Shown: one piece after another, positions 1 to 10,539 of the stretch
Layout of the letters: each line of letters starts with the position of its first letter
Numbering within the stretch: the first letter of the stretch is position 1
Source of the DNA: Andalucia godoyi And28
Lineage: Eukaryota; Protista; Jakobida
DNA: 64,000 nt
Direction: 5' to 3'
Assembly: GCA_009859145.1 (NCBI GenBank)
Contig: VRVR01000001.1
Location: forward strand, 371,393 to 435,392
The notes under the pieces: generated by a model
The model's input: the letters and a program-made list of their open reading frames with translations, nothing else
Told to the model about the DNA's origin: nothing
Database searches by the model: none
Translations under genes and position numbers: made by a program

Positions 1-326
1 TCCGACAAACTACTTCAACCCCACGCTGAGGTTTGAAGACAAAAACTGCCAGAGCTGAAATAGTAGATGCAACGGAGGAGAAAAGACGTTCCAAAAACAA
101 AACAAAAAATGCCAAATCTGCAACTCAATCTCTCGGTTGAGGAACGTTTGCTTTCTGGAACTTGGAAGAACAGGAAAAAGGGAACCTCCTCTCGAGGAAA
201 ATTGAAGGTGCGACGGAAGCACTTTCTGTCCGCTCGACCATTTCGTTGTCGGTTTCTTCACAGGAGGATGCTGAATGACGCAGAAACCAGGTTGATGAGC
301 TATTCCGGGATCTGTTTCCTCGTGCA

Positions 327-2120
327 ATGATTGTTCACATGTTGCTGTTGATTGGACTGCTGTTGTTGTATTTTGGAGTTTTGGTTTCCTCGAATTTTGC
401 GTACGTTGGGGGGGCCCATTCGTTCTCATGCATGTCTAGTTTTCCTTGGATGCTGGATGGTGTCCTTTCGGGACCCTTTGGATCCTCTTTTCGAGATCCC
501 TTTTTCATCGAATCGATGAATATGCTTGTTGTGCCTTCTACTTCGGGCCACATAACTGGCTTTGATATGCGCACCTTTCGCGTCGCTGAAGGCTTCCCTC
601 GATTTTACGACAATGTCAGATATTGTTCTTCTCCTATCATAACTGATGTCAATCACGATGGAATTGTTGAGATTGCTTCCGTGGCTGAGGATGGAACCAT
701 TCAGTTTTTGCATCTCGATGGCTCCGTGGTTCCTGGCCTTTCCTTCAACATTTTCGAATCGTTGTTTGCGCATTCCGGCGGTTATGCTCCATCTGAAGAT
801 CAAGACGTTCAATTTGTGTTCGATCATGGGGATTTGACGGATGAAGCTGTGTCCAGCATGCGTTTGTTTTCTGAGTTCCTGAACAGTCAGCCAACAAAGA
901 CTCTTTTGGAAGACTCTTTTCCACAGCTTTCCGTTTGTTCGCTATCGATGCTGGATCTTGATGGAGATGGAAACCTGGAATTTTTGATGACAGCTGTATC
1001 ATCTTCCCCAGAAGATGTTGATGGTTTTATAATTGCAGGCTTCAAAGGTGATGGTACTGTGTTCTATCATCCAGATATTGCAAACCTTGGATGCTCGTCG
1101 CACGTACTTGTGCATCTCGAAATTGATATCAACGGAGATGAAATTGCTGACATTATTTTGTTGACGAAAGATGGTTGCGTGACATGCGTAGACGGTGTAT
1201 CTGGAAAAGTTGCCCCGGGGTTTCCGCTTTTCATAGATCCTCCGCCGCAGGACATGATCGTATCAGATATTAATTTCGACGAAAGAGTTGAAATCTGCAC
1301 AGGGTCTTCGTCAGGAAGCATTCGGTGTATGGATGCTTCAGGCGTGTTTATCTGGGAATATGTAGTTTCTGGTGCTGTTAGAAATCTGTTGTGGATTTCG
1401 TCAAAGCAAATGTTTTTTTGTTTGACTGTTGATGGCTATGTGTGGCGATTGGATGCTCATGGAATGGTTTCCGAGGGTTTTCCATCTAAATTGGAACCGT
1501 GGTTTGAGAATCCTGTGCTGTCTGGAAAACTGGTACATTGCGGGACGGATGTGGTGTTTACCGCTGGTCATCGTCTTTATTCGGTGAACTCCCAGTCAGG
1601 GTGCTTTTCTTCGACCGAGATTTCGCCGTACGTTGAAGGATTTCCAACTTGTGTGCATAACGCTAATGACGGCAGTGTAGGGCTGTATCTCTCCGCTCGT
1701 GATTCTGTATACATGTTCTCATCTCAGTTTGCTGAATCTACAAGCTCACCATTGATGGCTGTTGCCCGACAACCAGAGTGTTTGACCAATGGCGTGTGCA
1801 GGGTGGACTTGAGACTGTCATCAGAATCCTTGTCTGTGCGACTGTTCGCAGGGACACTTGGCCTATCTTCACGTGCTTCAATGACCCGGGAACGCGGAGT
1901 ACTGCGCGTGGAATTGCCCAACTCTCAGGCCTGGGGGTGCATCGAAATTGTCTGTTGCGAAAAATGGTTGTCTTGCCAGCATATCTTTGTAACCTTTCAA
2001 ACCATGGAATCCAGCAAACAAGTTGATTGGATGTCTTCGTCAGCGGCATTAGTGATATGGACCGTCTTTGTTAGCTATCTCGTGATCAGTCGAGTCGGGG
2101 ATCGAAAAATCAGTCCATGA
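327..2120 (+). CDS. FG-GAP/beta-propeller membrane protein, DEX1-like (signal peptide plus C-terminal TM helix)
   Basis: 597-aa ATG ORF. Hydrophobic N-terminus (MLLLIGLLLLYFGVLV). Repeated DxDxDG Ca-binding loops (SSPIITDVNHDGIVEI, LDLDGDGNLEFL, IDINGDEIADII, SDINFDERVEI). C-terminal TM AALVIWTVFVSYLVI. Confidence 0.75.
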   Translation: MIVHMLLLIGLLLLYFGVLVSSNFAYVGGAHSFSCMSSFPWMLDGVLSGPFGSSFRDPFFIESMNMLVVPSTSGHITGFDMRTFRVAEGFPRFYDNVRYCSSPIITDVNHDGIVEIASVAEDGTIQFLHLDGSVVPGLSFNIFESLFAHSGGYAPSEDQDVQFVFDHGDLTDEAVSSMRLFSEFLNSQPTKTLLEDSFPQLSVCSLSMLDLDGDGNLEFLMTAVSSSPEDVDGFIIAGFKGDGTVFYHPDIANLGCSSHVLVHLEIDINGDEIADIILLTKDGCVTCVDGVSGKVAPGFPLFIDPPPQDMIVSDINFDERVEICTGSSSGSIRCMDASGVFIWEYVVSGAVRNLLWISSKQMFFCLTVDGYVWRLDAHGMVSEGFPSKLEPWFENPVLSGKLVHCGTDVVFTAGHRLYSVNSQSGCFSSTEISPYVEGFPTCVHNANDGSVGLYLSARDSVYMFSSQFAESTSSPLMAVARQPECLTNGVCRVDLRLSSESLSVRLFAGTLGLSSRASMTRERGVLRVELPNSQAWGCIEIVCCEKWLSCQHIFVTFQTMESSKQVDWMSSSAALVIWTVFVSYLVISRVGDRKISP

Positions 2121-2913
2121 TGCCATTCTCTTGAGTGTTCAAGAAGCGTCGCAAAGTCGGTATCGACGTGAAAAACTGTGCTAGACAGGAATCAAACAAT
2201 GACTTTTCGACTCCTTTCATCGACAAGTTTTCTTTTGTCGATTGCAAAATCTGATGAGCAGAGAGTACCATGAATTGACGATTTTGATGGAATACTCGCA
2301 TGCACTCTTGCATGAAAGATCCACGATTTTCATCGCGGATTTCACGACGCAACGAGAATATAGCTTCAAACAACTGAATGAAGCCCTCCACAGTCGAAAC
2401 TTGGATCAACGATGTAATTTGGATCAATTCTCGTGTCATTTCGCCATCTTTGGACGACAATGATTTGATCATCACAGGAGAAAGAATCCGAGAACAGCTC
2501 GGAAATTCTGTAAAAACGCAGTTCAGTACCTGAATCCCCTTCAATCGCACAACAGGAGAATCGTCGGTCAATACATCTAAAACAGCGGTGCCAGCAGTTT
2601 CAGCCGCGAATGCATGAAATCGGACAACATTCAGAATGCACTCCAATGTTTTCACTCGGACCGCTTCTGAATCGTCTTCGAGTAACGTCATGAAAATTCC
2701 TGCGTGAGGATGGCTGGAAAAGTCGGAGCGACGGAGATCATCTTTTGAGAACATTGCAGAGATCACAGAACTGGACACAAACTCACAACAGGAGCCAAGA
2801 AAATCCAGCAGAGTCATTTTTCCTGATATTCCAGTCTCGCATGTTGTCAACAGCAAGCAGCAAAAAGAAAGGGCTTCAGAATATGATCGGTTACCGGCGA
2901 AGCTGCCATTCAT
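2110..2913 (-). CDS. Short HEAT-repeat protein resembling the central HEAT segment of Integrator subunit 4 / plant SIEL
   Basis: AGIFMTLLEDDSEAVRVKTLECI...AVLDVLTDDSPVVRLKGIQVL matches my recollection of INTS4 GAFVHGLEDE..EVR.AAVE...FLVDMFNDE.EEVRL. First in-frame ATG is at 2913 (alternative 2817); the ORF-track start at 2952 is TTG. The stop overlaps the DEX1-like CDS end by 11 nt. Confidence 0.6.
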   Translation of the reverse strand: MNGSFAGNRSYSEALSFCCLLLTTCETGISGKMTLLDFLGSCCEFVSSSVISAMFSKDDLRRSDFSSHPHAGIFMTLLEDDSEAVRVKTLECILNVVRFHAFAAETAGTAVLDVLTDDSPVVRLKGIQVLNCVFTEFPSCSRILSPVMIKSLSSKDGEMTRELIQITSLIQVSTVEGFIQLFEAIFSLRREIRDENRGSFMQECMRVFHQNRQFMVLSAHQILQSTKENLSMKGVEKSLFDSCLAQFFTSIPTLRRFLNTQENGIMD

Positions 2914-3224
2914 TCGCAATCTTGCACAAACCAAATCCCGATCAGTTGGCAACTATATTTTGTTAAACTGTTCTCGTTGTGTTCGATTATTATTGTTCAT
3001 TATCTCAGACAACATGCTTGGGAACACAACGTAGGAAGGGGGGAGGGGGGTTCCCCCATCCGGTTAAGACTAAATAAAAACGAAATATCCCTCTCCACCG
3101 ATTTCGCATTTTTACGTGTTTCTTATTTCGTTTTGATTTCGCTGTTATCATTCACAATTGAGATTTGTTGAAAAGCTACAGTGTACCCGTACTTCTTTTC
3201 ACCAATGATTCTACAATAACCCCC

Positions 3225-3633
3225 AGCTTCGCGAGTTTTCTGCGCGAACGATGATGTCGCATTGCTCCCGAAGTTTGAGACGTCCAACATGGCGTGCCGT
3301 GGGCAACGCCGCCACATTCGATGCAAGACTGCACGCCAGATGCTGACGTGGGGCCACTCTCAATTCTGCCCAGAGACTGCTGTACGATCATCGTGACGGA
3401 AGAGCACTACACGTCCAAGACATGTGGGGTGTGTGTGAGCGTGTGTGCGAACATCCATCAGAAGTTGGGAAGGCGCACGGTGTTATCAAAATCGAGCATG
3501 TGCAGCGGTAAATCGAGACTGGAATGGAGCACGCAAAGTCTATTTGAAGAACACGGTGCGCATGCACTTGCGTGTTGTTGGGGTCTGCCCCCCTGGACGA
3601 TTGATTCGCAGCATCGATTGTCATGCAACATTG
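3225..3633 (+). mobile_element. Degenerate Fanzor2/TnpB-like nuclease relic (copy 1)
   Basis: Frameshifted segments in the expected order: ASFL / CANDDVALLPKFETSNMACRGQRRHIRCKTARQMLTWGHSQF (3241-3366) / QRLL / CTIIVTEEHYTSKTCGVC..NIHQKLG / NRDWNGARKVYLKN. These are followed by TTGGGGTCTGCCCCCC (3578-3593) and TGCAACATTG (3624-3633), variants of motifs in copies 2 and 3. Confidence 0.85.
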
Positions 3634-3699
3634 CAACGGTACCTTAGAATGGATGCTGAGCATCGCAAAAGTGCAAAAAAAAAAAAAACAAGAAAAGAA

Positions 3700-6311
3700 A
3701 CGGCGTCCTTCTGCAGTTTCGGAGATACGTGCTTGGTACAGCAGGCAATAGTCTGCTTGACTGTTCCCAGCAGAAGTCCGACACCGGCTCAATGTGTCGT
3801 CCAAAAATGCTGATCTGAGCATTGCTGAGAAGAAAGCGTTTTCTCAAATGTTTTTCGAAACTGGGTGGCGGTGTGAGATTTTGTTGTGCCCTGAAATGTG
3901 CACAGATGCTGATTGAATTGCAAGAGAATCACCTTCTGCCTTCGACGAGAAGAGCAGATGGCTTTCTGAGGAATTGTTTCTGCCAGCTGTCTAAATTCTG
4001 TGGTTGGATGCATCACAAACGTCGTATGTTTTTCACTAAAAGACAACCGGTCATTTGGCGGGAAGAATTAGACTGGTATCCGCGTGAGTCCAAAACATTG
4101 AGAATCGCGGATGCCAATTGACCGTTTCTCATGTGATGCAATAATCATAATTCGCGAATGTTGCTGGTAGCAGTCATGGCCTGATGTGAGGACGACCGTG
4201 CAGTCGATGATGAGATGATTTACTGTTGAAAGCTTCTTCCAAGGTGTGTCACTGAGAATTTCAGGCTATTGCTGAACGAGCTTCCATTTCCGACCAGTAA
4301 GACGGTAAAGGAATGTGAGCAGCAAAATATATAACAAGCAAGCAGCGAACGAAATAGTAATTCTCGAGAGTCTGTGACGTCGTTCAGCTGTCACAGGAAA
4401 AGAGCCATTCCATGAAAACGCAGGCCTGCTTTCAAACCATGAAACCTGTTCACTACTCGTCTTCAGGAAGAAAGCAAAACAGACCGACAGACAGCGGAAC
4501 CGAGAGGTGCTAGGTCATTCAGCAGAAGCGCCTGCGAGCTGATTGTGAAGTGTTGAACGGGAATTAGAATATATTTGTAAAGAACACCTAAACAGCGCAA
4601 CCGAAAACAAAGGACAGACATCGGAACTGGAGACTGCCATACTTTTTCCATGCAGCTGCAGCGTCACAAGATCTTCCAGAGGAAGGCGACACTAGACCGC
4701 ATAACTGCTTGAATCGCAGACAAGTATTCTTGATTGCAAGACCAGTCGGCTGGGATCAACAGGACAGCCGACGAGCTGATCTGTTGCACTGAAGATTCGC
4801 GATTGTTGCAGTCCAGATCATTGAACAAGCAAATAAAAAAAATAGAAATGAGCCCCGTTCCCAGTGCGAGTCCGAGGGTCAACCGCTGGACGGTCGATGC
4901 TTCAGCACAGTCAAATGCATTCCGGAATACGGCTGTCTGACATAGAATCCATGCGTGTGAAGACAGAAGTGAGTCGTCGAATTATTGGATGCGCGATCAC
5001 GAGATCAAAACAAGGATATCATCCCAAAATGATGGCTGGACGAGATAGAGGCATTATGTGAATTTCCTGCACATGTCAAGCATAACACCAAGTTCGAGGT
5101 AGTTCCACATTACTCGTTCGTTAAAAAGAGCACCATGGCTCACGACTGATGCTGATTAACAACCGTCAGACCACATTGATCACAGACGTTTCGGGAAAAA
5201 ATGCAAACTTCAACGCCTTTTATTACCAAGGCATCCATGCAAGCATTATTCTCATTTTCATTCTGGAATCGTCTTCAGACAAACCCGCGGATGTTTTCTG
5301 TGAATTCTGTTTTCTGCCTGCCCTTTCCGGAAAAAGAAGTAAAATTGGGAAGACTGTGCTGGAGGACAGTTGATCGGATGCAGCCCTGTTTTAGAGGGTA
5401 AATGCGATAACAACGAGTCATCTACACCTGTCAGTGTACAATCATAATCATCCATGCGGAATTCTTTATCCTTGTTTGCTTACCAGCAGCTGATCACTGT
5501 TCGTTCTTTTTCCTCGAACACACACAGACTGAGTTATCCTCCCTTCTGGTTGAACTGACAATTTTGGAGGTTGTTAGCGTGACCGCCTCTGCACTGGAAC
5601 TCCGACAACCGTCCTGCTGCAGACGATCTCTCTGCCACTGACCACCTTTCTTTTTTAATGCCTTTTTACGTTTCTGTCATTCGTTTACGGGCACGGCCTG
5701 CCTGTTTGTCGGTCTGCTGTCTGGCATTGGAGGCTCTGGTCTGACCTTCGATGCTGCCCTCGATTAGGCATCATAAATCCGTTGTAGTTTTTGTCTGGGT
5801 TTCCGCTTCACAGTTGCGTTTTCACAATAGTGCATGTTGTGAGCGCCGCTGACACTGTTTGGATGTTAATACGACAGCAGAGCAGCATCTTAGCAACGCC
5901 CGATCACTAATCTACAGATGGAAGTCAACCTTCTGGCAGTGTCAGGTTTTTCGTCATGCCAAAGTTGGATTGCCGCTAACTTTGACAACTTTCTGATTCC
6001 ATCTGTTGCATTTCGAGTGTTACCTGATCGTTTTTAAAAGTGAATGTGACCCACAAAGGAATGACTTTGGATTCGCTGTCTCCTCGAATGCGCCGGCAAG
6101 TTTTTCTCAGCGGCTTGTCGACTTTTGTGCACTGGTTCCCTCTTCTGGTTTCAGCCTGCGTGGAACTGGGGACTGCATACATGTGATTTTCTGATGATGA
6201 ACAGGATAGGTCGTCGGCACTTCGGAATTGCAGTGGCAAGGCACCAAGCTGCGATTTCGCAAGAGCTTGGTGACCGCTGACGGCCGCTTTATCTTGATGC
6301 TTTTTCAACAT
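3700..6311 (-). pseudogene. Unresolved, possibly decayed coding sequence
   Basis: ORFs 4664-4882, 4463-4651 and 3644-3847 share one minus-strand frame, interrupted by scattered TGA/TAA stops. No family was recognised. Confidence 0.25.
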
Positions 6312-6809
6312 CCTTGCGGAAAGATGAATCTGTGCCAGTCCCGACTTCGGCGTCTTCAGCTGACTTGTGGAATGTTTGACTCAGGATGTGTATGTTTCAA
6401 GACCATCCTGGCTGTGGTGTGTCGTAATGCTCTGCCTCCCATAAACCCGCTTTTTGATGTTTTCTTCCTTTCTGTCACTGATTGTTCGCCATATGTGTGC
6501 TGTAACTCGAGGTCATACCACGCAGTTGGTAAGATATGGATTTGTTACGTACACTCTGGATCTCTTTTTAACGAGAGGAGCAAGAACGCATGCAGTTTCC
6601 CTGTCGAAACACGCAGTCTTGCAAAGTGCGTTTTTTCCTGTCGTACTGGAGTTGGGAAAATGCTCCCGTTTCGATGCTTGAGTCCAGTGGAGGCCATCCC
6701 CAGCTTGAAGTGGTTGAACTGGGTGCTCTTCGACTGCCATCATATATATGTTTTTGTTTCACACTGTTCCTTGACTGCTGTGTCCGTTTATGATTTTCAC
6801 GGTGAAGCC

Positions 6810-7958
6810 ATGACAGATTACCGGCTGAAGAAGATAACGTATCAGGGTCGAAAGTCAGCTGTGTTATTGCAGAACGAGAATGGACCCTGCCCTCTCATCG
6901 CAATCGCAAATATTCTGCTGTTGCGTGGCGGTATTCATGTGTCGTTGGACAAGTCCGTGATATCGTCTGACGAAGTCATTAACCTGATCGCGGATTTTAT
7001 GGTGACTCGCATGTCCTCTGCAGGAAACAACAACCCCGATGTTGCTGCAAACCTTTCTGATGCACTAGCGTCGCTCCCGGACCTCCAATTTGGCATGGAT
7101 GTCAATCCTCGATTTTGCCGTGTCACCGACTTTGAATTTTCGAAACATCTTGTAGTTTTCGATGTATGTAACATCACGCTACGCCACGGATGGCTAGTGG
7201 ATCCACAAGATTCAGTGACGTTTGCGGTATTGCACAAACTTTCGTATAATCAGGCAACCGAAAGAGTGGTTGCTTGGCAATCTCGAAATTCTTCGTCTTC
7301 CCAACGTAGTTGTGCTGTCGCAGCGCAAAATGACGACAGCCACTCTGAGAACTTCTTTCTGGATATTGTTGGGTCTTGTTTGAATGATGCAGTAGAACGT
7401 AGCATCCAGAAAGTGGAAGGGGAAGAATACCTGGTCATTGACACGTTCCTGGCTGAAACAGCACATCAATTGACGTACCACGGCCTGTGCAAACTATACG
7501 AGGAAGTTCCTGCGGAAGAGTTAAGTGTGTTCTTCCGAAATAATCATTTCTGTACAATGCTCCGAGTGGACAAGGATTTGTACACGTTAGTCACTGACGA
7601 AGGCTTTGCCGACGTTGGTGCTGTTGTTTGGGAGAAACTTTCACAAATTGATGGTGATGCACAATTTTGTTCAGATGATTTCCGCCCCATGACCGTGGAT
7701 GACCAGCGTCGATTGTCGGCACTCTTTCGTGGAGATCCAGGTGCACAGCGCAAGGAGTTGGATGATCAGGCTGAGATGGACTATGCACTAGCCTTGGAAT
7801 TGCAGTCGCAAGAAAACAGTACAGTTGCCCAACAGCCTACTCGTACTCGTCCCCACCAACCTGCTGTTGCGGTAAACCCACGCACGGGTGCAAGACAGAT
7901 GAACGTGCAATCGACAAAACAAACTCCGAAACAAAAAGACAAATGTTCTCTTCAGTGA
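6810..7958 (+). CDS. MINDY1: MINDY-1/2 family K48 deubiquitinase with C-terminal MIU-like motif
   Basis: YRLKKI..., catalytic QNENGPCPLIAIAN, HGWLVDPQ, FFRNNHF (catalytic His), and DYALALELQ ubiquitin-binding motif. The likely start is ATG 6810 (MTDYRL); the upstream ORF extension looks non-coding. Confidence 0.9.
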   Translation: MTDYRLKKITYQGRKSAVLLQNENGPCPLIAIANILLLRGGIHVSLDKSVISSDEVINLIADFMVTRMSSAGNNNPDVAANLSDALASLPDLQFGMDVNPRFCRVTDFEFSKHLVVFDVCNITLRHGWLVDPQDSVTFAVLHKLSYNQATERVVAWQSRNSSSSQRSCAVAAQNDDSHSENFFLDIVGSCLNDAVERSIQKVEGEEYLVIDTFLAETAHQLTYHGLCKLYEEVPAEELSVFFRNNHFCTMLRVDKDLYTLVTDEGFADVGAVVWEKLSQIDGDAQFCSDDFRPMTVDDQRRLSALFRGDPGAQRKELDDQAEMDYALALELQSQENSTVAQQPTRTRPHQPAVAVNPRTGARQMNVQSTKQTPKQKDKCSLQ

Positions 7959-7978
7959 TGAATTGTCGGTCTTCTTTG

Positions 7979-9646
7979 TCAGTTCTCCAGTGGCTCGAGC
8001 AGTTTTTGTACTACAGTGTTCAGATGTTCTAAGCGCACCGCACTGACCTGCCCGGAGTTCCTGCTGTGAATTTCGGCTTCGTTCTTCTCGAGGGACTTAT
8101 TTCCGAAAACTATTATGTACGGTGTACCCATCAGCAGCGCATCCTTCATTCGAACGCCAGCCGAAAGGTGCATACGATCATCAATCAGTGTGTTGGAAGC
8201 GAGTTTGAAATGGGCCAGTGATTTGTCCGAGAATAGGCGGAAGCACGCATCTTTCATACATTGCAACACGCTGCTATTGTTGGACATGGAGACAATGTGC
8301 AAGCAGTATGGGGCAATAGTTAGCGGCCACTTCAGACCATTCTCATCGTGATGCACCTCCGCGATCGCCGACATTAATCTGGAAACGCCGATCCCGAAGC
8401 ACCCCATCTCCGCCATCTGGCCTTTGCCATCCGCATCTTGGTACTTCACATTCATGCTAGAGGAGTACTTCGTTCCCAAGTAAAAAACATGACCAACCTC
8501 CATCCCGGCGGTCGTCGTTAAGGTTCGTTCACAATCTGGCTCGTTGCACACTCCAGAACCCCTCGGAAACTGCAAATCCGCAACCAAGGCCGATGGAAGC
8601 AGACGAGACAACGAGGTATCAACCACCACCAAACCATCCTTGAAAGCCTCGTTCTTCAAATCCGTTGCTGCCACTTGCTCAATATTGTCCACAGTAAACG
8701 AAGTATTTCGCACATCCTTGAAACCCAGAGCGTGAGACATCTGTACACAGTTGACTGTCACTTGATGAGGAACGACAATCTTGCATTGGATCATGGACAC
8801 TTCGGAACTGCTACTGCTACCAACGCTTCCAGACACCTGCAATATGGAAACCAAATCAGCAGGTTCACAAGAAACGATTTTTGGTCCAGCGACTGCCTTC
8901 TCAATGTTTGCTTGATAACCGCATTTCTTGCAAAATACCAGCGTATCCTCTCCTGCCGGGCAGCGCACCTGGTATTCATGCGACAGATTGCCGCCAATTG
9001 CCCCAGAATCCGCCACGCAGCGCACCCATTGCAGTCCCATTCTGTTAAAAATACGTTCATATGCACCGGAAACATCTTCATATGTCTGGAACGCTTCTTG
9101 CTTTGTCTTATCAAACGTATATAAATCTTTCATGACAAACTCCCGACCCCGCATGAGGCCAAAACGAGGACGCAGTTCATCTCGATACTTTCGGCCAATT
9201 TGAAAGAGTCGTAGGGGTAGATTCCGATGCGACGAAATCTCGGCTGCCACGAGGTCAGAAATAGCTTCTTCATGAGTGGGAGCCAAGCAGTACGATACTC
9301 CTTTGCGATCCTTTAACCGCATTAGCTCGTCTCCGTACTCTTGCCATCTTCCTGTCTTTCTCCATAGTTCTTCGGAGAGCAGCAGAGGCAAGGATACCTG
9401 ACGACATCCAATTCTTTCCATTTCATCTTCCACGACATCAGATATCCTACGCAGCAGGCGATTTCCCAGTGGAAGAAAGGAAAATATGCCAGAAGAGGAC
9501 GGTCGAACATATCCTGCCCTTGTGAGCAGCTTATGGCTAACTACCACAGCATCCGCTGGTGCATCTCGCAGGGTCGGAGCAAAGTAGGATGAAAGAATGT
9601 TCCAAGACCTTGGAAAAGCAGAAGAAAACGATCGAAAACAGAGCAT
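7979..9646 (-). CDS. PARS2: Prolyl-tRNA synthetase, bacterial/mitochondrial type
   Basis: SHKLLTRAGYV, LAPTHEE, QIGRKYRDELRPRFGLMRGREFVMKDLY, GMEVGHVFYLGTKYS, MGCFGIGVSRL. First ATG is at 9646 with an Arg/Ser-rich presequence-like N-terminus. Confidence 0.93.
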   Translation of the reverse strand: MLCFRSFSSAFPRSWNILSSYFAPTLRDAPADAVVVSHKLLTRAGYVRPSSSGIFSFLPLGNRLLRRISDVVEDEMERIGCRQVSLPLLLSEELWRKTGRWQEYGDELMRLKDRKGVSYCLAPTHEEAISDLVAAEISSHRNLPLRLFQIGRKYRDELRPRFGLMRGREFVMKDLYTFDKTKQEAFQTYEDVSGAYERIFNRMGLQWVRCVADSGAIGGNLSHEYQVRCPAGEDTLVFCKKCGYQANIEKAVAGPKIVSCEPADLVSILQVSGSVGSSSSSEVSMIQCKIVVPHQVTVNCVQMSHALGFKDVRNTSFTVDNIEQVAATDLKNEAFKDGLVVVDTSLSRLLPSALVADLQFPRGSGVCNEPDCERTLTTTAGMEVGHVFYLGTKYSSSMNVKYQDADGKGQMAEMGCFGIGVSRLMSAIAEVHHDENGLKWPLTIAPYCLHIVSMSNNSSVLQCMKDACFRLFSDKSLAHFKLASNTLIDDRMHLSAGVRMKDALLMGTPYIIVFGNKSLEKNEAEIHSRNSGQVSAVRLEHLNTVVQKLLEPLEN

Positions 9647-9752
9647 TCGAGCAGCTCGTTTTGAGAACAGGTTTGCACACAAAAATGCGAAAAATTGGAA
9701 AAGAGTGATGCGAAAGAGAACATGGTCCCTTTTTATATAACGCAACCCCAAA

Positions 9753-10346
9753 ACGACTGGTGGACTGCTGTGAATAAATGGCTGTTGACAGCCGTCGACA
9801 TTGCTGTTGAATGAAGGATGAACCTGCAGATTGCTGCTACCGGTTGTGGTTGTTGTTGATGTTGCGGCGGCGTAGTGTGCAGGTCGAGGCCCAATGAGAC
9901 ACTGTCGAATACGGACAACCGATTCCTTGTAATCGATGATTCCTCCGCCGCGGCCTCTCTCTGCGTGTGTGTGGGTGTGACGCACAACATTGCCAATCAA
10001 CAGAATGAATACAATATCCGCTCGATTGAAAACAGCGAATGAAAGATCGAGAGAGAATCAACAAGTTGATAAATTGCGGAATGGCAATAAAAGAATCTCG
10101 CTGAAATCCCTAGTTCTTTCCTTGTTCCCAAGGTCCAGACGGTTTCTAACGAATGCACTCATTGATCCATTCGAGAGCTCTGAACGAAATGCAGGTTGTT
10201 TCTGGTTTGGGGTGCGCAGACCCACGGATGTCCACTCAAAGGGGAACTTCATGCTGAAGCGGATTTATAAAGTCCCTCTACGCCAAATAACCTGTCTGAG
10301 GCGCAGCATGTGAGCCAAATGCTTGGAGAGAATTGAGTTGGAGGGT
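9753..10346. repeat. ~600-bp direct repeat, copy A (copy B at 46847-47456)
   Basis: Near-identical to 46847-47456 by direct reading, with only a few substitutions in the core and small indels near the left end. Confidence 0.95.
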
Positions 10347-10539
10347 TTACTGTACCTTTTGTTTCTTTTTGCAGCATTTGTTTGACGAAAGTCGACTGTC
10401 TTGAAGCAGACCTTCATCCTTGGTCTTTCTCTCTTCTCTCCATTTCCCACAGAGAGCGTCAGCTTTCCTTTTCTTTGATTTCCCTCCATTCTTTTCGATT
10501 TCAAGTTTGGTGGTCGCCGTCAAACTGTATCATATAAAA

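Noticed and set aside
1-330. Short ORFs at the window start
   Set aside because: No recognisable motif; they may be UTR or the edge of a gene outside the window.
4463-5100. Stop-codon readthrough or alternative genetic code to join same-frame ORFs
   Set aside because: The stops are a mix of TGA and TAA, and all intact genes in the window translate and terminate normally in the standard code.
6228-6809. N-terminal 194-aa extension of the MINDY ORF
   Set aside because: It has a non-ATG start and Cys/Phe-rich, non-protein-like composition. The conserved domain begins right after ATG 6810.
9647-10057. Apparent N-terminal fusion of the repeat/TLDc-like fragment to ProRS (ORF track 7979-10000)
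   Set aside because: The frame is open but has no ATG before 9646; the track start is TTG. The extension is repeat DNA that also occurs at 46.9-47.1 kb without ProRS.
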